64,000 bases of DNA, taken from a bacterium (GTDB lineage Bacteria; Bacillota; Clostridia; Oscillospirales; CAG-272). Under the pieces are notes generated by a model. That model saw only the letters and a program-made list of their open reading frames with translations, was not told the origin of the DNA and made no database searches. The DNA is taken from NCBI GenBank assembly GCA_963642885.1, contig CAVIJI010000005.1, forward strand, positions 22,185 through 86,184, written 5' to 3'. Shown piece by piece: positions 55,557 through 64,000 of this stretch (the first letter of the stretch is position 1; each line of letters begins with the position of its first letter). Position numbers and translations under genes: made by a program.

Positions 55557-55762
55557 GTGGGGATGTACTTCAGCCGAGCAGGAGAGAGATACACCCCACA
55601 CCCGTGAATTTCACGGGTGTGAAATTCTCCGTTATGAAAGCTTAGGCTTGATGTGGGGATGTACTTCAGCCGAGTAGGAGAGAGATACACCCCACACCCG
55701 TGAATTTCACGGGTGTGAAATTCTCCGATATGAAGGCTTAGGCTTGAGGTGGGGATATATTC
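55557..55762 (+). repeat. Mosaic hairpin repeat array: A-B-C, A-B-C, then a truncated A (96-bp period)
   Basis: A is GTGGGGatgtacttcagccgagcaggagagagatacaCCCCAC at 55557 and 55653. B is acccgtgaatttcacgggtgtgaaattctccg. C is tatgaaRgcttaGGCTTGAg. The array starts directly after the pepP-like TGA. Confidence 0.9.
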
Positions 55763-55769
55763 AAACAAT

Positions 55770-55801
55770 AAAGCTGTGCGTCGTAATCGACGCACAGCTT
55801 T
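55770..55801. terminator. Bidirectional rho-independent terminator
   Basis: aaagctgtgcgtcg-taat-cgacgcacagcttt. Confidence 0.75.
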
Positions 55802-55803
55802 AC

Positions 55804-56163
55804 TTATGCTATTGTGGCTCCGAAGGGGGAGAGGGCGAGGCGTGCCATTTTAAAGCACTGTTTACCGAAAGGAATTCCGACTATTGTAATGCACAACAGC
55901 AGGCCGTTTGTTATTGCGGATATCGCAAGCGGTATACCGCTGACGATTATCCAGATGATATTGGCGATGAGAGAAACAGCGCCGCCCCCGTAAACTATTT
56001 CTTTGCCGAACGGGAAGAAAGCAAGGGATGCGAATTTAAAGCATTGAAGTCCGATGGGAATTCCCACTATTGTGATACACCAAAGGCATCCCGCGAGAGT
56101 CCACGAAAGTCCCTGCCAAAATCCTCAGAACAAAAACCATATTATATTACCGAATAAGCTCAT
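55804..56163 (-). pseudogene. yccF: YccF-family inner-membrane protein interrupted by an in-frame TGA at codon 13
   Basis: ATG at 56163 has AGGAG 7 nt upstream. Translation is MSLFGNIIWFLF*GFWQGLSWTLAGCLWCITIVGIPIGLQCFKFA..., in frame with track ORF 55804..56067. The TGA is at 56127-56125. Confidence 0.6.
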
Positions 56164-56218
56164 TTTATTACTCCTATATTATGTATTTTATATGTTAATT
56201 ATTTGCGGTTATGCGGAA

Positions 56219-57067
56219 TCAGCGTTTTCCGAGAGATTTTTTCTTTTTCGAATAGACGATCATGCCGACTATCGCACACACTGCGGAAATTCCGATTACG
56301 GTTCCCGCCAACCAATAATTACCGCCTGCAAGGGCATCACCGCTAAGTGTGGATGTAAGAATGGACGGCAAGCGTGCAATCATGGTGATGAATATAAACG
56401 AAAGATAATCTATATCGGAAAGTGCCGCACAGTAGGTTAAAATATCTTTGGGAGTTCCGGGAATGAAAAACAGAATAAACATCATTCTGAAGACGTTTCC
56501 GGAATCATGAAAGAATTTCACCGAGTCCGCTTTCGATTTCGGGATGAACAAATCAAGTGCGTGTCTGCCGAATTTCCTGATAATAAGGAAAACAAGCGAC
56601 TGACCTATTGCGATGCCCGATATTGCGAGCAGCGTTCCGCCGAACCAGCCGAACGCGTATCCCGCGGCGATTTCGAACGGCTCACCGGGAATGATTGGCG
56701 CGAAAACCTGCAGAGCGGACATGAGCACGTATATGACATATCCTGCGGCGCCATGTGATTGTATCCATGCTTTGAATTGACCGTGGTCGTTCAGCATTTT
56801 TACGAACGGCTTGCCGATATAGATGAATATCAGCGCAAGCAAGGCGAGATATGCTGCGGTTATGACACACGCTATTATTCTTTTTTGCGTCAGACTGAGA
56901 TGCCTTTGTGCGTGCTTCACATGCGCTTGTTCCTTCGTTTCGTATTCGTTTACAGGCGTATATTTAACACGGCGTCGAAAGGAGGCATTCCTTCTGTCCG
57001 CGGCTTTATATCCGGACTTTTTCGTGAAAATAAGAGGTTTACTCGACTTAACCTTTGTATCGTTCAT
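56219..57067 (-). CDS. TVP38/TMEM64 (DedA-related, SNARE-associated) family membrane protein
   Basis: FIPGTPKDILTYCAALSDI and IPGEPFEIAAGYAFG are family motifs. The N-terminal tail of about 65 aa is basic. Confidence 0.75.
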   Translation of the reverse strand: MNDTKVKSSKPLIFTKKSGYKAADRRNASFRRRVKYTPVNEYETKEQAHVKHAQRHLSLTQKRIIACVITAAYLALLALIFIYIGKPFVKMLNDHGQFKAWIQSHGAAGYVIYVLMSALQVFAPIIPGEPFEIAAGYAFGWFGGTLLAISGIAIGQSLVFLIIRKFGRHALDLFIPKSKADSVKFFHDSGNVFRMMFILFFIPGTPKDILTYCAALSDIDYLSFIFITMIARLPSILTSTLSGDALAGGNYWLAGTVIGISAVCAIVGMIVYSKKKKSLGKR

Positions 57068-57302
57068 GTCAGTGCTCCTTATGATGTGACATAATCACTG
57101 CCGAATTGACACCGATATTATACACCACCGAAAAATAAAATACAATAAAACGCGAATTAAGTCTATGCATGTCACATTAAAATTACATTAAATTTGTTTT
57201 CAGAAGATTTCGAATTTAGTATTGCGAATGCATGTTGACGTATGGTATAATTTAAAATATCCCGATACAGGGAAAATCGATATTATAATGGGGTGATGTA
57301 GG

Positions 57303-57866
57303 GTGTCAAAATGTTGTAACTGTGGCTGTGATATAGAATCCGATGACAAAACGAGGCTTTGCGATAAATGCGTAAGGATAATATTCCCGTTTTTGAAGCT
57401 TGTTGACGCATCTACTTCATCGGCAGTCAGAAGACTTATCCAAAACGAGCGAAACCTGAGAAATATGGGTATAACGGACAGCGGCATGGAATACATGCTG
57501 AAGATCTGCGAAATACACGACAAAAGGAAGCTGCAAGAAAGAGAAGAAAGAGAAAACAAAAAAGCCGCCGAAGCCGAGAATATTGCGCATAACGACGGTA
57601 ATTACAGCGAGTTTGAACTGCCCGAGGAAGAACCGCTGAATTTTACAAAGAAGCAGTACGGTACTTTCCTACCCGCCGCCGAGGCTGTTCTCGCAGCGGC
57701 AGCCGCTGTGCTTATTGCGGTGACGGTATACGAATATGCCGCAAATCAATGTCTCGATGCCGCATCGCTCGCGGGAGCTATAGCGTCATTCGCGGGAACA
57801 TATGCGGTTGACTGCACACGAAAGATTTTCCGAGATTTGAATGAAATAAAGAAGAAGTTCAGATAA
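57303..57866 (+). CDS. Hypothetical protein: N-terminal zinc ribbon, charged coiled-coil and C-terminal TM segment
   Basis: GTG start. CCNCGC-X11-CDKC is followed by an ERE/K-rich segment and then the hydrophobic AVLAAAAAVLIAVTV. Confidence 0.5.
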   Translation: MSKCCNCGCDIESDDKTRLCDKCVRIIFPFLKLVDASTSSAVRRLIQNERNLRNMGITDSGMEYMLKICEIHDKRKLQEREERENKKAAEAENIAHNDGNYSEFELPEEEPLNFTKKQYGTFLPAAEAVLAAAAAVLIAVTVYEYAANQCLDAASLAGAIASFAGTYAVDCTRKIFRDLNEIKKKFR

Positions 57867-57918
57867 ACATAAAAGATACCGCAGGTCATACTGCGGTATC
57901 TTTGCTTATTATCGGAAT

Positions 57919-58176
57919 TTATTTTTTCAGGAACGAAAACAGGCCCTTTTTTTCATACGGTTCAGAGTTCGAAGAAATGAGGGTATAGCCTGTTTTTTTG
58001 ATCACATCAGCCAGCTTGCCATCGTCAATGCCGCTGTCGCTGATTATGATGCACTCACCCTTTGTGTGTGATGAGCTGACTTTTTTCACGGGGAACGCGG
58101 CTCTGACGGCATCGTTGATATGAGCCTCGCACATTCCGCACATCATACCGTCTATTTTAAGAGTTGTTTTTACCAT
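57919..58176 (-). CDS. Heavy-metal-associated (HMA) domain protein
   Basis: The start is set at 58176, after GGGAGG. MVKTTLKIDGMMCGMCEAHIN contains the GMxCxxC motif. Confidence 0.8.
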   Translation of the reverse strand: MVKTTLKIDGMMCGMCEAHINDAVRAAFPVKKVSSSHTKGECIIISDSGIDDGKLADVIKKTGYTLISSNSEPYEKKGLFSFLKK

Positions 58177-58324
58177 ATAATACGAATCCTCCCGATACAA
58201 ATGCATATAGGGTTAGAGACTGCTAACCGATACAATTGTACCACCGTCATGCGGAAAAGTCAATATCGTACGTGAAAAACAGGTGAATATTGCATTGAGA
58301 TGAACTGAATTTTTTCCATAACGA

Positions 58325-58353
58325 TTGAAAAGCGGAAATTAATATGATATAAT
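58325..58353 (+). promoter_or_regulatory. Sigma-70-like promoter with a leader of about 150 nt upstream of the PPIase gene
   Basis: TTGAAA (58325-58330), 17-nt spacer, TATAAT (58348-58353). Confidence 0.5.
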
Positions 58354-58507
58354 TACAAAGTGTATCAGTCTGTGTTCGTTCTCTCGGTACGGTGAGGATG
58401 AACGCAAAGGCATTTTTCTTATATTTTGCGGATACCGCAGGTCGGCGTTCTGCCGCTCGGTACCGTTTAAAAGAAACTTGATAAGAATCGAAAGGAGTTA
58501 CCTTAAA

Positions 58508-59980
58508 ATGGGTAATAACAAGAATGCTCTGACGGCTCAACAGCAGTCAGAAAAGAAAAAGTCAATAATAACCACAATATGTGTTATTGTTGCGGCGGTT
58601 ATCGTTCTTTCGCTTGTCGTATATGCGCGTCTTTCGACAAACGGTGCTCTGCTTCGCTCTAAAACAGCGGCGGAGAGCGAAAATTATAAAGTTACCGGCA
58701 CTATGATGGCGTACTACTTCAGCCAGAACTACCAGTCTTATTACAGCTATCTCAGCTACCTCGGCGTTGATACAACACAGAAGCTGAAGAGTCAGGCATG
58801 CGCGTACACCACGGAAGCCAACGGCACATGGTTTGACTATTTCAACGCCATGACAAAGGACTACGCTACACAGATTCTCGCACTCTGCGAGGGCGCGAAG
58901 GCGGCGGGTGTTGAGCTTGACGATGAAGACGAAGCCGAAATCGACACCGCAATCCAGGAGATGAAAACAACGGCGACCACATACGGTTATTCCTTCAGCC
59001 AGTATTTGAGTGCATTGACCGGTGTCGGCGTAAACGAAAATGATGTCAAGAAATGCATGGAGCTTGCTTCTCTCGCGTCCAAGTATTCCACCGAATATCA
59101 GAACGGTCTTACCTATACGGACGATGAGCTTGAAAGCTACTATGCATCGAATACCGATTCGTTCGAAGGCGTAGACTACTATGTATACACAATTAACTCC
59201 ACTGACTTCATGGAAAAGGATGTTGACGGAAATCCCGTAGGCGACACCTCCACGGCTACCGCAGCAGCATATGAAGCGGCACAGAGAATTCTCGCCGCAA
59301 ACAGTGAGGAAGAATATCTCCTGCTCATCCGTGATTACATGAAGAGCAACCTCGGCATGGAAGACAGCGATATCGACACCGCGGTAGAGAGTGCGTTTAC
59401 AAGACACGCTCTTGCTTCTACTATTTCCTCCGTATCCGAATGGGCATTCTCCGCTAATCCCGGCGATGTATACACAGCCGCTGAAGAAGGCGACTCGTCA
59501 TACGCTATTTACTGCCTCACAAAGTCTTCGTACAGAGATGAGACTACCACAAGAAACGTAAGACACATTCTCTTCTCCAACGAAACATATACAGACGACT
59601 CAAAGGCTCAGGATGTTTACGCAGAGCTTCAGCAGCAGAATTTCTCGGAAGAGGCGTTTAAAACTCTTGCCGCGGAATACAGCTACGACACAGGTTCCGC
59701 TGACAACGGCGGTCTGTATGAGAATATAACATACGGTTCCACAACAACGGAATTCAACGCATGGCTTTTCGATGACGCGAGAGTTCCCGGAGACAGCGGC
59801 ATAATCGAGTCCTCCGCTTATGGTTGGCACATCATGTACTATGTAGGCGAGGGCGATTCCTGCACATGGAAAGAAACCGCGATATCCGCTTTGAAGGAAA
59901 GCGATGTTACCGAAATGATAGAAGAATATTCCGCGGGAGTAAGTGTAAACGCGAATGTTCTCGACAGCTTGGATATATAA
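58508..59980 (+). CDS. Membrane-anchored parvulin-type peptidyl-prolyl isomerase (PrsA/SurA-like)
   Basis: The start is set at 58508, after AAGGAG. There is an N-terminal TM segment. The C-terminal PpiC domain reads VRHILF...AEYSYDTGSADNGGLY...GWHIMYY. Confidence 0.8.
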   Translation: MGNNKNALTAQQQSEKKKSIITTICVIVAAVIVLSLVVYARLSTNGALLRSKTAAESENYKVTGTMMAYYFSQNYQSYYSYLSYLGVDTTQKLKSQACAYTTEANGTWFDYFNAMTKDYATQILALCEGAKAAGVELDDEDEAEIDTAIQEMKTTATTYGYSFSQYLSALTGVGVNENDVKKCMELASLASKYSTEYQNGLTYTDDELESYYASNTDSFEGVDYYVYTINSTDFMEKDVDGNPVGDTSTATAAAYEAAQRILAANSEEEYLLLIRDYMKSNLGMEDSDIDTAVESAFTRHALASTISSVSEWAFSANPGDVYTAAEEGDSSYAIYCLTKSSYRDETTTRNVRHILFSNETYTDDSKAQDVYAELQQQNFSEEAFKTLAAEYSYDTGSADNGGLYENITYGSTTTEFNAWLFDDARVPGDSGIIESSAYGWHIMYYVGEGDSCTWKETAISALKESDVTEMIEEYSAGVSVNANVLDSLDI

Positions 59981-60000
59981 TCGGTGATTAAATAATAATA

Positions 60001-60047
60001 AAAAAGCAGGGACTGCGTGCAACGGTGCACAGCGGTCTCTGCTTTTT
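60001..60047. terminator. Bidirectional rho-independent terminator
   Basis: aaaaa-gcagggac...gtctctgc-ttttt, with an inner gtgca/tgcac stem. Confidence 0.7.
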
Positions 60048-60062
60048 ATTATTCGGTGAAAA

Positions 60063-60779
60063 TTACTTTTCGTCTACTGCCGGGGGAACCCAACCGTATT
60101 TGTATGTGTTGGACTTGGGGGTGCATACATACTTGGCGGCGTTAATGAGAACCTTCTGAACTTCCTTGTTGTGGTAGGTCGGAACGGACTCGTGACCCGG
60201 ACGGAAGTAGAATATCTTACCGCGGCCTCTCTTGTAAACGCATCCGCTGCGGAATACTTCGCCGCCTGTGAACCAGCTTATGAATAAGAGCTCATCGGGA
60301 GCGGGAACTCTGAAGTGCTCGCCGTAGGTTTCCTCGTGTTCGAGAACTATTTTCTCGCCTAATCCTTCGGTGATGGGGTGACCCTGCTCTATAACCCAAA
60401 GGATTTCCTTATCGCCGGATTCACGCCATTTAAGGTCGTATGACGGTGTTCCGCATAGACGTGCGAACACTTTCGATGCGTGTCCGGAGTGGAGAACAAC
60501 AAGTCCCATGCCCTCGTATACGTGACGGCATACTCGCTCGACTACGTCATCGGGTACGTCACCGTGTCTCATGTGGCCCCACCAGAAAAGTACGTCTGTA
60601 TCATCGAGTACTTCATCGGTAAGTCCGCAATCGGGATCGTCGAGTGTAGCTGTTCTTACATCGTAGCCTGCTTCGTCGAGGAAACGCTTAATGCACATAT
60701 GAATGCCGTCGGGGTATATGGCCTTAACGGCTTCGTCTGTCTTTTCATGTGCGAATTCGTTCCAAACTGTGATTTTCAT
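60063..60779 (-). CDS. ThuA-domain (trehalose-utilisation-like) protein
   Basis: MKITVWNEFAHEK...YPDGIH...DVLFWWGHMRHGDV...GMGLVVLHSGHASK is the ThuA family pattern. Confidence 0.8.
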   Translation of the reverse strand: MKITVWNEFAHEKTDEAVKAIYPDGIHMCIKRFLDEAGYDVRTATLDDPDCGLTDEVLDDTDVLFWWGHMRHGDVPDDVVERVCRHVYEGMGLVVLHSGHASKVFARLCGTPSYDLKWRESGDKEILWVIEQGHPITEGLGEKIVLEHEETYGEHFRVPAPDELLFISWFTGGEVFRSGCVYKRGRGKIFYFRPGHESVPTYHNKEVQKVLINAAKYVCTPKSNTYKYGWVPPAVDEK

Positions 60780-60864
60780 TTTATTACCTCCGAAAAGTCA
60801 GTATTGAACTGCATCTATTTTAACACAGGCCACTGCCGAAATCAATACAAAATTGTTCACTCGC

Positions 60865-62685
60865 TTATGAAAATTGAGCGTTGTGAAGGGAGTAATAGAA
60901 TCCTTTTTGCTTCATTAAGCTGTCGTGGTTTCCCGACTCGATAACTCTTCCGTCACGAAGTACGAAAATTACATCGGCGTTTCGCACCGTAGACAGACGG
61001 TGAGCTATTACTATCGATGTTTTTTTGCTCATGAGCTCGTTCATGGCACGCTGAATACGCATTTCGGTCATGCTGTCGACATTAGATGTGGCTTCATCGA
61101 GTATCAGTATCGGAGACGACGATATCATGGCGCGTGCAATGGTAATAAGCTGTTTTTGCCCCTTTGAAATGTTAACTCCGTCGTCTGTGAGAACAGTATC
61201 GTATCCGTTGGGCAGTCCCGCTATAAACGAGTGTATGCCCGCCGCTTTTGCGGCTTTTTCTATTTCCTCACGAGCTACATCATGATCGGCTCCGTATGCT
61301 ATATTTTCGGCAATCGTTCCGCTGAACAGCCATGTATCCTGCAGAACCATGGTGTATGAACGGCGTACGCTTTTTCGTGCGGCATGGAGTATGTCGTTGC
61401 CTTCAAGCATGATTTTGCCCGAATTCGGATCGTAGAATCGCATCAGCAGATTTATGATCGTGGTTTTACCGGCACCTGTCGGGCCGACAATCGCCGCGGT
61501 GGTTCCCGGGGTTATATTTATTGTGAGATCGTGGATGACATGGTGTCCCGTATAATAGCTGAAATTTACGTTATCGGTATCAAGCCTGCCGTCTACGAAT
61601 ATTCCGTCGTTAGCCTTGTCTCCGACGAATACCACGGCATCGCTGTCATCCGCGGTTTCCTCCTCCTCGTCTAAAAGACGGAAAACTCTTTCGGCGGCGG
61701 CAGCTGCGGACTGCAGTTCATTCAGAATATTGGCGGTCTCGTTTATCGGGCCGCTGAATTTTCTCGAGTACAGAACGTATGACGAGACATTTCCGATGGA
61801 AATTTTACCCGCAAGGTAAAGCAGTGAGCCGAATACGGATACCAATGTAAGCGAAATGTTGTTTATAAAGTTTACGGTAGGACCGACTAATGTGCCGTGA
61901 TAATCCGCGTTGTAATAAGCATCGGCGGCGTTTTTGTTCTTTCCTGCGAAACGCTTTATCATTGTCGGCTCTTCATTGTAGGCGCGAACGGTTTTTTGAC
62001 CGCTCAGACATTCTTCGGCGTATCCGTTAAGCTCTCCGAGTTTTCCGCTTCTCGCACGGAACAGCGGTCGGAACATGTGAGCCATCTTTCCCGTTGTGAT
62101 TATGGAAAGAGGTACGGTAAATGCGAAAACTATGCACAGGCGCGGAGATATCGTCAGCATCATGACGAGAGAACCGACAACCGTGACAACGCTTGAGGCT
62201 ATCTGAACGAGGTCTGTCGAAAGCGTGGAGTTGATTGTATCTATGTCATACGAGATGCGCGATATAATATCACCTGTTTGGTTTTTATCGAAATATTCGA
62301 CCTTCATACGCATGAGTTTGGAAAAAATATCCTCACGCATATTTCTGACTATGCCGCGCGAGAGATTTATCATGATTATCTGCAGAAGATACGCAAGTAT
62401 GCTGGAGACGGCATATGCTATGGCCATGAGCACACACTTTTTCGCTACAATCGTGAAGTCGGCTTCTCCCGCATGTATACCTATGGCATCAATTGCCTCA
62501 CCCGAGAGCTTTGGCCCGATGAGCGACAGCAGATTCGAAATGACGGAGACGAGTACAGCCGCAAGATATCCCCATTTGAAGCGGTACATGTATTTTCCGA
62601 GCCTGAGCAGCACCTTCAGCCTCTTCTTCGGCATATTTCCGACTACTACGTCCTCGGGACGTGTAACTTTAACACCTTTATTCAA
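60865..62685 (-). CDS. ABC exporter, fused permease/ATPase subunit (second half of a heterodimer)
   Basis: Six-TM domain. Walker A is GPTGAGKTT, the signature is ISKGQKQLITIARAM and Walker B is ILILDEATS. The start is proposed at the TTG at 62685, 8 nt after GGAGG. It overlaps the upstream stop by 8 nt. The track start at 62733 is less likely. Confidence 0.8.
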   Translation of the reverse strand: MNKGVKVTRPEDVVVGNMPKKRLKVLLRLGKYMYRFKWGYLAAVLVSVISNLLSLIGPKLSGEAIDAIGIHAGEADFTIVAKKCVLMAIAYAVSSILAYLLQIIMINLSRGIVRNMREDIFSKLMRMKVEYFDKNQTGDIISRISYDIDTINSTLSTDLVQIASSVVTVVGSLVMMLTISPRLCIVFAFTVPLSIITTGKMAHMFRPLFRARSGKLGELNGYAEECLSGQKTVRAYNEEPTMIKRFAGKNKNAADAYYNADYHGTLVGPTVNFINNISLTLVSVFGSLLYLAGKISIGNVSSYVLYSRKFSGPINETANILNELQSAAAAAERVFRLLDEEEETADDSDAVVFVGDKANDGIFVDGRLDTDNVNFSYYTGHHVIHDLTINITPGTTAAIVGPTGAGKTTIINLLMRFYDPNSGKIMLEGNDILHAARKSVRRSYTMVLQDTWLFSGTIAENIAYGADHDVAREEIEKAAKAAGIHSFIAGLPNGYDTVLTDDGVNISKGQKQLITIARAMISSSPILILDEATSNVDSMTEMRIQRAMNELMSKKTSIVIAHRLSTVRNADVIFVLRDGRVIESGNHDSLMKQKGFYYSLHNAQFS

Positions 62686-64000
62686 GGAGAGCACCTCCCA
62701 TCTGTGATTCACTGATTTCCCTGTACAGCGCACATGACTTGATTAAGTCATCGTGACATCCGCTTCCCGTTATATTTCCATCCTCTATAACCAGAATCAG
62801 ATCGCTGTGCTTTATAGATGATATACGCTGTGCCACGATTACCGATGTGGTCTTGCTGCTGTAGTTTTCACGTATGGCCTTGCGAAGCTTTGCATCCGTC
62901 GCGTAGTCGAGGGCGCTTGACGAGTCGTCGAGTACGAGTATTTCCGGATTTCCCGCAAGAGCACGGCTGAGAATTACTCTCTGCTTCTGTCCGCCTGAAA
63001 GGTTGGCTCCTTTTATCGACAATTCGAAGTCGAGTCCTCCGGGCTTTTCTTCGATAAACTGCAATGCCTGTGCGTTTTTCGCACCCTCGAGCAGTGCCGA
63101 GTCGTCAAGATTTCTGCCGAAAGCGATATTCGTTCTCAGCGAGTCGGCAAACAGAAAATCGTTTTGGAATGCCGCTCCGAATTTTCGGGATATTTCCGCA
63201 CGGCTCATTGAACGAACATCGCGTCCGTCTATAAGTATGCGGCCGCTGTCTGCGTCATATTGCCGCATCATCAGAGCGATGAGTGTGGTTTTTCCCGAAC
63301 CCGTAGGCCCGATAATGCCCAATGTTTCGTTTTCGTATAATTTAAATGAGACATTGTTTAAGTCGTTCTTTATTCCGTTATACGAGAAGGATACGTTTTC
63401 GAATTCTATTTTCGGTATTCTTTCGTTCGGAGCATATTCCTTTGGCTTGTATGAGGTGTCAGGCTCCATGTCATACGGTGTGTCGAGAACCTCGCCGATA
63501 CGATTAGCGGAGGCGATACCTCTTGAGGAATTTACGAAAATTCTCGTAACACTCATTAAGGCGTTGAGGATTATTGTAAAGTAAGAAGTAAAAGCGATGA
63601 TTTTGCCGGTTTCGGAAATGCCGGCGTTGACACGGTATGCACCGACGGCGATTACGGCTACGAGACCGAGATTGAGAAACAGATTCATCATAGGGCTTGA
63701 GAGAGCCATAGTGAGGGCGGCTTTCTTTTCGGCCCGGTTCAGTGAAATGTTGGCTTTATCGAAACGTGCTTTTTCCGTGTCTTCTTTTCCGAGAGCTTTG
63801 ATTATTCGGACTCCTTGTGCGTTCTCACGTACTATACGAGTCATATTATCGGTTTGAGTCTGCTGTTCGGTGTACAACGGCACACCCTTTTTCGTAATAA
63901 AATATACGGCCGTGGTTATGAACGGCATCACGGCTATAAGGACAAGCGTAAGTACAGGCTCGAGAGAGAAAGCTATCATGATTCCTCCTATCAGAAGACA
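62678..64000 (-). CDS. ABC exporter, fused permease/ATPase subunit (first half of the heterodimer); the N-terminus lies beyond the window
   Basis: The frame stays open to position 64000 (CLLIGGIMIAF...). Walker A is GPTGSGKTT, the signature is LSGGQKQRVILSRAL and Walker B is ILVLDDSSS. Confidence 0.85.
   Translation of the reverse strand, partial: CLLIGGIMIAFSLEPVLTLVLIAVMPFITTAVYFITKKGVPLYTEQQTQTDNMTRIVRENAQGVRIIKALGKEDTEKARFDKANISLNRAEKKAALTMALSSPMMNLFLNLGLVAVIAVGAYRVNAGISETGKIIAFTSYFTIILNALMSVTRIFVNSSRGIASANRIGEVLDTPYDMEPDTSYKPKEYAPNERIPKIEFENVSFSYNGIKNDLNNVSFKLYENETLGIIGPTGSGKTTLIALMMRQYDADSGRILIDGRDVRSMSRAEISRKFGAAFQNDFLFADSLRTNIAFGRNLDDSALLEGAKNAQALQFIEEKPGGLDFELSIKGANLSGGQKQRVILSRALAGNPEILVLDDSSSALDYATDAKLRKAIRENYSSKTTSVIVAQRISSIKHSDLILVIEDGNITGSGCHDDLIKSCALYREISESQMGGALLE

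Noticed and set aside
56125-56127. TGA read as glycine (genetic code 25) or as selenocysteine
   Set aside because: TGA plainly terminates many well-defined genes in this window (cysE, cysS, the CXXC peptide, the aminopeptidase). I see no SECIS-like hairpin immediately downstream and no sel genes. A point mutation or sequencing error is more parsimonious.
1-64000. Prophage, integrative element, toxin-antitoxin, restriction-modification or other defence islands
   Set aside because: I scanned all ORFs of 60 aa or more and the larger gaps. I found no integrase, transposase, recombinase, nuclease or helicase signatures and no tRNA attachment sites.

Overview
This is a 64 kb chromosomal segment, about 90% coding, with no transposase, integrase, phage, CRISPR, tRNA or rRNA genes. 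Gene content suggests a saccharolytic anaerobic Firmicute of the Clostridia, possibly Oscillospiraceae or Ruminococcaceae; that placement is inference only.

Families recognised from motifs:
- Housekeeping: pgeF (partial), gpmI, cysE, cysS, clpB, a split transketolase, pncC/cinA, yqeG, an M24 aminopeptidase and a parvulin-type PPIase.
- Transport: a complete Liv-type branched-chain amino-acid ABC importer (livJHMGF), a uracil permease, a ZIP zinc transporter, an MFS transporter and a heterodimeric ABC exporter (second gene runs off the window).
- Glycan and sugar genes: GH2, an SGNH esterase, GH4, a PfkB kinase, a PHP phosphoesterase, GH38, fucI, a sulfatase, two Gfo/Idh/MocA oxidoreductases and ThuA.
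- Three paralogous lipoprotein solute-binding proteins with no adjacent permease genes.

Observations that stand out:
1. A dispersed modular hairpin-repeat family at five loci. The stems differ between loci but stay complementary, and the arrays start at the stop codons of co-oriented genes. I do not recognise it as a named family.
2. A four-gene cluster made of a 48-aa CXXC peptide (missing from the ORF track), a NapH-like polyferredoxin membrane protein, a TlpA-like CxxC lipoprotein and a degraded HExxH gene. It may be an extracytoplasmic redox relay.
3. A yccF gene interrupted by an in-frame TGA at a position I expect to be glycine.
4. A PyrR-like attenuator leader upstream of the uracil permease.
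5. A perfect palindrome bracketing the -10 box of an isolated fucI.
6. A kinase-GH4-unknown-PHP operon.

All calls come from reading the sequence and recalling family motifs. No database search was run.
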